Source of the DNA: Azolla caroliniana
Taxonomy: Eukaryota > Plantae > Polypodiophyta
Length of the DNA stretch: 64,000 nt
Reading direction: 5' to 3'
Assembly (NCBI GenBank): GCA_043228905.1
Contig: JBHGNT010000002.1
Span: 7,068,001 to 7,132,000, forward strand
Part shown: positions 12,001 to 22,431 of the stretch, in pieces
Position numbering within the stretch: position 1 is the first letter of the stretch
Layout: the number at the start of each line of letters is the position of its first letter
Notes under the pieces: model-generated
Told to the model about the DNA's origin: nothing
Databases searched by the model: none
Seen by the model: only the letters and a program-made list of their open reading frames with translations
Made by a program: the position numbers and the translations under genes

Positions 12001-14588
12001 GTAGTCTTGGGTCCGACGCGACCCCTTTTATCCGTAACTCATTGCCCTCCGGCAAGGGTGCCGCGACTAGCCTCACCTTCCGGTCCACAGTCTTGTACTT
12101 CGTATGCACGTGGGTCGTCCGATCCAACTCAACCCTCTCCCCGAAATCAGCGATGACTTCGTACATCATTTCTGAACTAACCGAAATTGTCTGGTCTTCG
12201 ATGAGGCCTACTTCGAACACCTTCTTTAATTCCCCCAAGGTGTCATCGAAAGAGACCGCCTCCACGGCTCCACCAATCTCATCGTTGGGGTCTAGGGCTC
12301 CGCACGCCCTGAGACGTCCCTCCGCCCGTTTCTTCTCCTGGCCGCTAATGTCGGTTATCGTACAACCTCCGTTGTCGGCGAACCAAAATTTCTTATCTAT
12401 AGTATAGGGTTTCCTTCCTATGGTACATGTGTGGGGTTTTCCCGGGGTGTCTGGACTATCGCGGCCCCACGCCTTGATAGCCCTCTCTAAAAATCCCCTC
12501 GGCTTTCGCCGCCGAGGGTCTCGCGGTTGCGCTCGTGGTTCGGTCGCACCGTCAGAAATTGGACGGAGTGTCACCCATCTTGGCTCTTCACGCGTGCGTA
12601 CGCCGGACCATTATCTAGCACCTTCGTCTCCATGCGTGCTGTCGTAATGTACGGTTCTCCGAGTATCACCGGATGCGAGGATGTCTCCTGCACGAAGAAG
12701 TGTTGGTCAATCTCGACATCACCAATTTTCACTCGTACATTTGGCCAGGCCCCGTGTAGGTCCTCCGTGGTGCGCGTCGCCGCTCGTATTTTGCACTCGT
12801 GCTTGGTGTTGATTGGCCACTTGCCCTTCTTGTAGAAGTCCATAGACCTCAGGTTGATCTCCGAACCGTGGTCTACCAATGCCACCACCGGCTCCTAGAC
12901 GTCTCTGATCCGAACCGGGGTCTCTGTAGTGGCTCTTGCCTAGTGCAACTTCGAATAGTGGATTTCCTCCAACTCATCTTCCAAGGCCATGTCTTCTAGG
13001 TGCGCCGTTCGTACCTCCACCGGCTTCTCCGGCTCCGGCTCCGGCTCCGTCGAGAGCCGTTTACGCTTCACCAGGTCCATGATGGAATCATGGAACTCCT
13101 TCTTGATGATCCCAAGCACCTCCCTCAGTGACAGCTCCACCTTGTTGTTGAGAATATGCTCCTCGAGGACCTTCTGCAGGTCCGTCGTCCTTTCTATTTT
13201 GGTGCCCATTCGGTAACCGGTCAGCCTTGCTTTGTCTGCCATGCTGGAATTGCCAACTTCATTCCTCTTTGGCCCGAACCGAGTCTCATACCGTTGCAAG
13301 GGTCCGGCCCCTCTGGCCTTCCCCGCATGCTTGTCTTCTACTAGAACCTCGTAGTTTTGGCACGCAGCTTCCACGAAGCCGGTCTTTTCCTCAACCGGAT
13401 CACTCCACCCGGTGACCTCCCGGAGCCGTCTTTCCGCGCGGTCCGCTTCCTCCTTCCTCAACCGCACGCCGGCGAGGCCTTCAAGCGCCAATAGCCAGAA
13501 CCCGGAGTCCTTCGTCTTCCGGCCTTCGTCGCTCTCGACCCGGATTCCTGCCGACACCGAGTAGTGGATGGTCTCCGCACGGCGCGCCGCCGCTTCTTCC
13601 ATCAGACTTTTCATTCCTCCTTGTCCGATATTCAGCTCCAGGGCTCTCTGGGTTTCGCTAGCGTGCACCCGTCTGTTCCACAGGTACCACCACGTTAGCC
13701 CTTATTGCTTCTGCGAAGTCCACGCAGTCCTTTCGGATGTGACCGACCGCATCACACCACAAGCACTGATTCCCACCCGGAGGCCTTCGGTCGCGATGCT
13801 GCTCACAGCCGTCCCTCCTTGCTTGTGCAATCTGGCCCCTTGACCACGGTGGTCGAAGTCGAGCCTATATCAAGCCAATCTCGGGTTTCCTCCCTTCGCA
13901 CCTGTGGGGGCCCCTCAAGCTTTCTTGGCGCATCCGTTCCTACCCCCGATGAGCCCTTGTTGGCCCACTCACGCCGTTTGTTGAAACTGCTGTAGACCCC
14001 TTTTACCATGGCCCAGTCGGCCGTCAGCCCATTGTCTATCTCCAGCAGGAGACCCACTTGCTCCCAATCCTGCACATCCACAACTTTGACGAATAAAAGG
14101 ACATGGCTCGTGTCCAGTACGGTCCTGTCCAGTGCCGAAAGACGCGTGAAGTGTTCTTCAAACTCCCGGAGAAGCGTCGATGCATTCCTCCCCTTTTCAG
14201 GGGTCTCCACCCAATCCATGAAGTCCCCCTTCGATAACCGAAGCATGTCATCAAGCCTGTACCGTTCGAGGAGCCGCACTTCGAATTCTCCCCAGGTCCA
14301 GCATCCAGCCTGCACCTCGAGCACCTCTGCGTGGATGCCCGGTGTCGCCACCAGAGGGAACCCAGCCAGACGCCTTTCCTCCGAGATGTCCCTCATCACC
14401 ATTTCGGCTTGGTAGGCCACCAAATAACTCGTGGCATCCTTCCCATCGAACCGGCCTATTGTGTCGACAATTGCTTCAATGGCCCTGTCGAGGGCACCCG
14501 TGCCCTTGCGAGCACTTACTATCCGATCAACTGCTGCCGCCATGGCTTCGGCGAGCTCTAATCCCCTCATCTTTGATTCCTCTGCCAC
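9035..14588 (-). pseudogene. gag-pol of element B, fragmented
   Basis: gag RFDGKDATSYL; knuckle CLWCDAVGHIRKDC; protease LVDHGSEINL; RT KKNDTLRFIQDLQPVN, LPQGGTNSVAHM, PFLDDIPIKG; RNase H VTVDTSPIGIGW; integrase TTAYNPEANEMVERGH; RWFGPY. Confidence 0.9.
11425..11442 (+). repeat. Interstitial plant telomeric repeat (TTTAGGG) x about 2.5
   Basis: AGGGTTTAGGGTTTAGGG lies inside the RT coding sequence, exactly at a frameshift. Confidence 0.75.
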
Positions 14589-14593
14589 CTTGT

Positions 14594-14611
14594 TTCACGT
14601 CAGGTTCACCA
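14594..14611 (-). promoter_or_regulatory. PBS complementary to tRNA-Trp
   Basis: The minus strand reads TGGTGAACCTGACGTGAA, 5 nt from the LTR. It matches the plant tRNA-Trp 3' end as I recall it (...TTCACGTCGGGTTCACCA) with one mismatch. Confidence 0.8.
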
Positions 14612-15305
14612 AATTATGTCGTGTTATTCTGCACGCGCAGGAGAAACCAAGGCGGGACCGCGGGGGCCCTAAACCGGGGAATAACCGAACAGAGGGAGGA
14701 GCGACACGAAACCACGACCGACGCGCACAAATACACAAAGAACTCACAATGAAGATCGAACAACGAATAAGGCAAATATATACTTATGGTCAAGATTATA
14801 GCCAGCTAGTCGTTAAACGTCAACGCGTTGACACCAACTCACACAACGCACACGGACAACGCGAGATGGAGCCTCTGCCGAAAGCACTCGGGCTTTCCAC
14901 GAAGTAGAGGCAACCTCCCAAAACCTACAGAGAATAATGAAAGACAGAGGAGAAGAGCTCGGTCCCGGTCTGACAACACTTCCTCCTCGACAACGCCCCC
15001 ACTCAGTTCCTTTTCCTCTCCTTTTCTAGCCCAAGGAGAGAGGGACGTTACAATCTGTTACATCACTTTTATTCTCTGTCCTTTCGGATAGAGATACCCC
15101 TTGATTCCCTACCTAATGAATACGCGCTATCTAGGATATTCACATCACCGACCTGTACCTAACTATGTACAATAAATCAAAACATGTGCCCGCGTGTAAG
15201 GGTCGGTTCACGCACACTATTCACCGATTCCTCCTAGGGACGGTTTTCTCCACGACAACGTGTTTTACCCTTATATCGCCCCGTACAACTCCTACAGGTA
15301 ACACA

Positions 15306-15327
15306 TGGCACGCCTGTGGGACAGTGC
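15306..15327 (+). promoter_or_regulatory. tRNA-Arg-type PBS motif at the expected PPT position of element A
   Basis: TGGCACGCCTGTGGGACAGTGC, 2 nt from the LTR end at 15303. It is the exact reverse complement of 48421-48442. Confidence 0.8.
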
Positions 15328-15774
15328 ATCGCACGGTGAACCCATTCGCCATGGCAACTATTAACGACCGGAACTCCATCGGTCGTGTCAACGGTCAGAA
15401 ATCCATCGACCGAATCATAGCTCTACGATCGATCATAATTTCAATCGGAGCATTGCTTGACACGAACCTTCTCATTCGGTTAGCATGTCGCACAATTGGA
15501 TCACACACCAATTGGCTCCTTCATTGCAGCATGGGCCTTTCATGATTCTGTTACATGTATGTGTATTTTTTGGTTTCGTCATGTGAATTGAGCTTTGTAT
15601 TTTGTACCCTTGGTCTCTAAAATTTTTACCGTCAAAATTTTTTGAAATTTTATTTTTTGCCCTTGAATTTTCGAAATTCTGTATTCTGCTCTCCAATTTT
15701 TGAAATTTTCTCTTCATACCCCTCTTCTCTTTCTTCTTATGTCTTCGTCTTTTGCTTGCCTGTCTTCGCGGTTG

Positions 15775-16200
15775 TCACTCGGTCATACTCTTGGTCGCAT
15801 ATCTGGGTCGCACTCTCGACTGCACGTCTTGGCTGCGTGTCTCAGCCGTCTTTTCGACCACGCGTCTCGGTCGTAGTCTCAACCATGCATCTTGACCACG
15901 CTTCTCAGTCGTACTCTCGACCACGCGTCTTGGCCATATTCTCGGCCGCGCATCTCGGTCATGCTTTCGGCCACGCATCTCGATCGTGCTCTCGGCCACG
16001 CGTCTTGGTCGTACTTCTCGACCGTGCCTCTCGGCCATATTCTAGTCTGTGTGTTTCGGCCACGCGTCTTGACCACGCTTCACTTCGAACGCACGTCTCG
16101 GCCGTGCATTTTGGCCACGTGTCTTGGTCGTGATCTCGGCTATGCGTCTCTGCCATGCTCTTGGTCGCGCGTCTCTAGCGGCATCGGCCATCTCCGCACC
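15775..16200. repeat. Degenerate CpG-rich tandem repeats (core CGGCCACGCGTCTCGG) inside element A
   Basis: Recurrent CCACGCGTCT(C/T)GG(C/T)CG units with CpG-decay variants. Confidence 0.8.
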
Positions 16201-16327
16201 TTTGTGCTGGGCCGAGTCTCTCGTGTCCCCGGCCATCTCTTTGGCTCTCTTGGCTTCCATATTATCTGTGAGAAGAGGAGTTGCTTCCCATAGTGATGTG
16301 TCCACCTCGCCATAGCTATGTTGTGCA

Positions 16328-16963
16328 CATAGATTGACATATTCGCATTCGTGGGGTTTCCCATTCGAATGCAAACGAATACGAATACGAATGGGTAGTC
16401 AAGTATTCGTTTTACCTCCCCCCCCCAAAAAAAAAAACTTTTTTAAAAAAAAATTCCTAATATAGAAAAAAGGAACTTAACAATAAATAGGGATAATAAA
16501 AGAGGGACTTTGGGGACTTGACACTACTAAATTTTTATAATAAATGTGTAGTCGTTTTATTTTTAATAAATAAATAAAATAAAATAAAGGCTCATTAATT
16601 TCTCACTTTTTATTTCCTCAAAATTAATGGATATTTTTATCTTGACATTAAAAATGGTACTTCAAACTAATCATATCTTCAAAGTTCATACTAATCATAT
16701 TTGTATAATAAATATAAAAATATTCGTTTTAAAAAAATTAGTTAATTAAAATAAGTTTCATAAACTCTCTTGACACTATAATCTATTAATGAATAATTGT
16801 TTTTTTTGGTGAAATACATTTATTTAAATAAATAAATAAATTTTTATATTTATTTTACAAAACAAATGGTTTTTTAATATTCTTGGGGCCATTTTTTATT
16901 CTCGAATATTGAGAATGTTGCGCATGGAGAATATCACGAATATCACGCATGTGTCAATCTATG
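16328..16963. mobile_element. hAT-family MITE (636 bp)
   Basis: Perfect 12-bp TIR CATAGATTGACA / TGTCAATCTATG. 8-bp TSD GTTGTGCA (16320-16327 and 16964-16971). Subterminal CGAATA repeats and an AT-rich core. Confidence 0.92.
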
Positions 16964-18213
16964 GTTGTGCACCTTCACCTGTCTCTCTTTGTCTTCTTTT
17001 TATTTCTACTTCTTTCTTTTTCTTCTTTTTCTATCTTCTTTCTGCTTGTTTGTCGTCTCCTTCTTCTCTTTGTCTTTCTATGCTTGCTCTCTCCTTTCTC
17101 GTTCACTTCTTCTTCATTTCTCTCTTCTCCTCTCTTTCCTTATGTCTGCTTCAGTTTCCTTTAATCCCAGCCTTCTCTGAGGCTGTCTCGGCCGCATTCG
17201 ATCTCTTCACCTTGAAAGTTTGAGCCCGCCTTAACTTGGAACAATTCCATGCCTGTCTTCATGTCTTCCTGCTTGTGCACAAGAATCTTGTACCATAGGT
17301 AGAATTTTATCTCGTGGGGACCCCTCGGTGCCATGTCTGCGGCAAATGCAGGAGGTATGGCTATGGCGGTTGAAGCTTCCTCCTGCCGAGTTTGGTGCCA
17401 CGTCTCTCAGTCCAGCTATGGACGATTGCCGTTACCATTGCCGTTGCAATTCGCTGACCAGACACTGTCTGCCAGTTGTTTGGCCGGTTGTTGGATGTTG
17501 GTTGTCTCTATTCGAGCCCACCTTTGTGTCTGGTGGTCGTCGTTCTTCATCGTTGTTAGAGCCGGTTGCCGATGACTGTCTCTCTACCCTTTGGATCCCC
17601 ACTGCTCCTCTTCTTGTGAAATGTATATCGCATTCATTGTCTGTGTATTACGAATCGTTTGTTGATGAAGCTGAATATGTAGGTATAATGAAAGCAGAAG
17701 GATCAACAAGACTTGCCATATCTTCCTTTTCTTCATCTTCTTCACTCAACCCTTCACTCAAGGGATTGATTGTCCAAAGCTGAGCCCGTTGATGCTCGTT
17801 GAGGTTCTTTTGAATATTTGTAGAGACATGAATCTGATGATCCAGAAGTTGAGCTTAGCTGCAGAGCTCTTGACACATAGGAGTTGCCATGGAAGCCACC
17901 GTGCCCTCCCATTTCCACAACTTCATATTGCCATTGTTGAAGAAACCGCATACCTAATGGTCTCCACGCCCATGTTCTTCTTCTTCTTCCACTTCTATGA
18001 GGATTTAGGGTTTTCATAGCATAGATAGAAACCAACCGATGAGCCTGAGGGGAAGGAGAGAGACACAAACACACACAGCACAAGCAAACACACAAACGTG
18101 TAGAGAGTTGAAGATGTAAATCACCATTTTCATCTCAGATTGGCTGTGACACAGAGAGATTAGTGATGGAGGGGGAGAGCGAGGGAGAGTGAGACTTCTT
18201 CTCAAAGGAGGGT

Positions 18214-18232
18214 CGTCCTTTCAAGCGTGCCA
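18214..18232 (-). promoter_or_regulatory. tRNA-Arg-type PBS adjacent to the inferred 5' LTR of element A
   Basis: The minus strand reads TGGCACGCTTGAAAGGACG, 4 nt from the LTR boundary at 18237. It matches TGGCACGCCTG at 10 of 11 positions. Confidence 0.65.
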
Positions 18233-21200
18233 AACGTGTTGTTGGGTGGGGGGTGAAACCTAGAATGGCTTCACCCCCCTCCCAAGAGGTTACGTTAGAG
18301 AGAGAGCAAGAAAGAAAGATAAAAAGGAAATGACACCAAATGAGAGGGGAAAAAACTATATCTCCTTACATGCCCCATAAGGGGTTTATATAATACATAA
18401 TGTAACGGTAAATAATATGTCCGTTACAAAAAGAGACCGTTACATTCTTGTCACATGCAAATAATTGTGCATGTGAGCACACATACTCACCCTCACACTC
18501 ATATACATTACACATACCGAACAACCCCTTTAACGTGTTTTACCCTTATACCGCCCCGTACAACTCCTACGGGTAACATTGGGTCTATTTCAATAAAATC
18601 CCATGCCTTGTTCAATTCTAGTGCATCTACTTGTTTCATCGATATTGCGTTTGTCCAAACACATAAAATCCCCACCGTCCCCACAACACAACCCATATCC
18701 GTTGAAGCTATCGTCGGATGGGTTCTCTCTTCGGGGGCAGTTACTGAAGCCATTGTCCTGTTGGTACTTCAAGCCGGGTTCCACCAGGAGGTCTTAACAT
18801 TCTATCTCATTGCAACCCCTCGACATCCACAAACACCAGCGCGGGTGGGTCTCTTCCACAAACACCGTTACTTGTGTGGGGGTTGCTTTCAGCTTGGGTG
18901 CACATTCTTCTGATTTCAACTCATATCTCCGACGTTGCCGATTCCGTTGTGGTCAATTCGAGCGTGGTCGCTTCCATGCCTGCTGTGTCACAAGATGTCT
19001 CTGTTCTTGTCACCAATTTGCCCGCAAGATATAGCGATTTTTTGGATGTGTTTGAAAAGCAAAATGCAGACCGGTTACCGACACATCGCCCCTATGATTG
19101 CCCAATCGAACTCCAAGATGGTGCACATCCACCATTTGGGCCCATCTATGGGCTATCGGAACCCGAACTTGAGGCTCTTCGCACATATCTAGATGAAAAC
19201 CTCGCCAAGGGCTTCATTCAACCCTCCAAATCACCGGTTGGGGCTCCAATCTTATTTGTTAAGAAGAAGGACGGCTCATTACACCTACGTGTGGATTATT
19301 GGGGTCTCAACAAAATTACGGTACGTAATCGTTATCCCTTGACTTTAATTCCAACACTGCTTGACCGACTTCAAACCGGGCGTATCTTCTCCAAAATTGA
19401 CTTTCGGGGAGCCTAGAATCTGGTGCGTATCAAGCCTAGAGACGAGTGGAAAACTGCCTTCCGAACATGCTATAGACATTTCGAGTACAAGGTGATGCCT
19501 TTTGGTCTCACCAACGCCCCGGCGGTCTTTCAGCACATGATGAACAATATATTTCGGGAGTATCTCGATCACTTCGTGGTGATCTACCTTGACGACATTT
19601 TAGTTTTTCCTTCCAACATAGAGGAGCACACCCGACATGTCGGACTGGTTCTATCCAAACTTCACAAACATGGACTTTACGCCAAAAGTGAGAAACATGA
19701 ATTCAATCGGACCTCCGTCGAATTCCTAGGCTACGTGATTTCACCCTCCGGAACACAATGGATGCACGCAAGGTAGCAGCAATAACCGATTGGCCTATCC
19801 CTACTCGGTTGAAAGAGGTACAATCATTTCTCGGTTTTGCAAATTTCTATCGACAATTTATCAATGGTTTTCCCTCTTTAGTGCAACCTCTAACCATCCT
19901 TACTAGAGCAATCGTATGTGCCTTCACCGAGTGGCGACCCTATTTGGTTGGGGCCCAACATCGCATCCAGGTGTTGATCGACCACAAACATCTAATTTAC
20001 TTCACCACCAGTCGTACATTGAATCGGAGGCAAGCCCGATGGTCATCTTTTCTTGCCGACTACGACTTTGAGATCTTGTTTCGACCTGGAGTTCAGCATG
20101 GGAAAGTTGATGCCCTCTCTCGACGTCTTGATTTTTCATTGCGCCCAGGAGATGACGCATATTCACAACAATCCCATTGTTTGTTGCGGCCCGATCAACT
20201 TCAGATGTTCGCCACCAGCATGTTGCATGATGATTCTTTGCTCAACGAGATTGCCATGGCAACCACGTCAAACCCATTCGCCAAAGAAATCATGGCCCGC
20301 ATCAATGGCCCATCTCTAGGCATGAAAAGCTCATATCTTAACCAATATACAACCCAGGATGGGTTACTATATCATAATCATCTCTTGTATGTTCCCGAAG
20401 GATCATGTAGGACATGGGTACTACAAAACTGTCATGATGATCCTCTTGCCGGCCACTTTGGGGTCACAAAAACCCTGGATTTGCTATCTCGAGGGTTTTG
20501 GTGGCCCCAACCTTGGAAATTTGTCAAGGAATTTATCAAGACATGTGATGTATGTGCTCAGTCCAAATTGCCTCACCATCGGCCATATGGTCTTCTCCAC
20601 CCGCTCCCCATCCAAGTCGACCATGGGTCTCTCTATCCATGGACTTTATCACCGACCTCCCTCTAGTTGGTGGGCATGACATGGTGCTAGTCATTGTCGA
20701 TTGGTTTTCGAAGATGGATCCCTTTGTCCCATGTTCCAAAACCATTTCTAGGGAAGAGACAACTGACCTTTTTCTAAAACATGTTGTCCGATTACATGGC
20801 TTACCCGAGGATATCACTTCTAATTGAGGTTCTCAGTTCATTTCCCACTTTTGGCGACGACTTCTATAAACATTCGGGACTTCTGTAAACTTGTTCTCGG
20901 CATACCATCCTCAAATTGATGGACAAATGGAATAAGTCAACCAAATCCTCGAACAATACCTTCGGTGTACCGTGAGCTACCAACAAGAGGATTGGGTGGA
21001 CTTCCTTGCAATGGAGGAATTTGCCTACAATAATTGTATCCATGCTTCGACTAAGGTTTCCATCTGAATCTTTGCAAACTATGGATTTCACCCTCGTTTC
21101 AGCATCTCCATACCTGCAACTTCGGTCAATCCTTCGGCAGAGACGTGTGCCCACACTTTACACGATGTCCATCATGACCTCTCCCTGGAGCTTCGTGCCA

Positions 21201-21882
21201 CTGGTGACCAGTATAAAGATCAAGCGGACCGACATCGCTTGGCAGCATCGACGTTTGCAGTCAATGACATGGTTTGCTTATTACGTCGCCACATCACCAC
21301 CACGTGTCCTTGTGCAAAATTGGACTACAAAAGACTATGCCCTTTTCCTATCACCAAGCGGATCAACCCAATCACCTTCCGGTTAGCACTTCCTCCAACA
21401 TTCAAGATTCACAATGTTTTTCATGTTTCTCTCCTCAAACTCTACCATCCTTCTCAAATTCTGGGACAACAACCTCCTCCACCGCCACCTATGGAATTGT
21501 CGACGTGCGAAGAATATGAGGTTGACCAAATCCTCAACTCTCGATATCGTCATCGACAACTCCAATATTTGGTCTTATGGAAAGGTTACCCCATTTTGGA
21601 TGCCATATGGGAACCGGTTACACATTTACAAAATGCTCCGGAGGCCATTCACGATTTTCATCAACAATACCCACATAAGCTAGCCGCGAGTTCTGGGAGG
21701 CGGCCTTAGAGGAAGGATAATGTCATAAACACGATGGAATGTAGGGGGTTGAACCCATGACCTCCTCTTACCAATTGAGCTACATCCATCTATGCATTAT
21801 TGTATTGTATAAGTGTAAAGAATCAGATATGATTCTTGTGTAGCGGAAGAGATGTGTGTTATGTGTAGGTGTGAGAGGAATT

Positions 21883-22024
21883 AGAGAAGATAATAGAAAC
21901 ACAAGATAGATAAGCTATAGAGAAGATAATAGAAACACAAGATAGATAAGCTATAGAGAAGATAATAGAAACACAAGATAGATAAGCTATAGAGAAGATA
22001 ATAGAAACACAAGATAGATAAGCT
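21883..22024. repeat. 36-bp tandem repeat x4 in one LTR of Copia E (single copy in the other LTR)
   Basis: Unit AGAGAAGATAATAGAAACACAAGATAGATAAGCTAT. Confidence 0.9.
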
Positions 22025-22431
22025 AGAGAAATGAAATACTCAAGAAGAAGATGTATATTCACAAGTAGAATGAGAAATGAAAATGTAGCATTACAAGGAG
22101 TCACAACCGACTTGGTATGAAATATGAGGAGGGTGCTTTATATAGAGTCACCCTCTCTCTTCATTAACTTTATAACAACCACTCTCTCTCTCTCTCTTGG
22201 GGAATGTGAAGACTTATAGTCATGGGGAATATGTAACTCATTAGTTATGTGTCATAGAATATGATTCTATGACACATAGTTAATGTGTAGAGAGTAGTGG
22301 TGTGACTCTTGACCTTTGAGTAATCATAGATTCTCAAAAGGTGTGTTCACACGTTGTGCTATGTTGAGCTTGATTCTCAACACGCCCCCTCAAGCTCAAC
22401 TCGAGTTGGTTCCTTTCGATTGATGTCCGCT

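Larger units (their letters stand above)
7061..15257 (-). mobile_element. Ty3/Gypsy element B, fungal-type (Ylt1-like inferred), tRNA-Trp PBS, 4-bp TSD
   Basis: LTRs 7061-8961 (split by solo LTR D) and 14617-15257, with TGTCGTG...CACGACA termini. TSD ACGT (7057-7060 and 15258-15261) is confirmed by the empty site TTTAACGTGTTTT in the 18237-18578 LTR. PBS at 14594-14611. Purine-rich PPT at 8962-8976 on the minus strand. Confidence 0.92.
6758..18578 (-). mobile_element. Non-autonomous LTR element A (Tat/Athila-like Gypsy inferred), with inverted tRNA-Arg PBS at both internal ends; hosts nested elements
   Basis: Direct LTRs of about 345 bp: 6758-7060 + 15262-15303 (split by element B) and 18237-18578. 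TG...CA termini, flanked by TTGGG (6753-6757 and 18579-18583). The internal region 15304-18236 has no gag/pol. Orientation is inferred from the minus-strand TATATAAA (18385-18392) followed by CT-rich sequence. Confidence 0.8.

Noticed and set aside
15306-15327. A genuine tRNA gene at the tRNA-like motifs (also 48421 and 14594)
   Set aside because: Only the 3'-terminal ~17 nt including CCA are present. There is no cloverleaf and no A/B boxes.
16909-17223. Phe/Leu/Ser-rich membrane-protein-like ORFs
   Set aside because: Low-complexity CT-rich sequence, open in all three frames.
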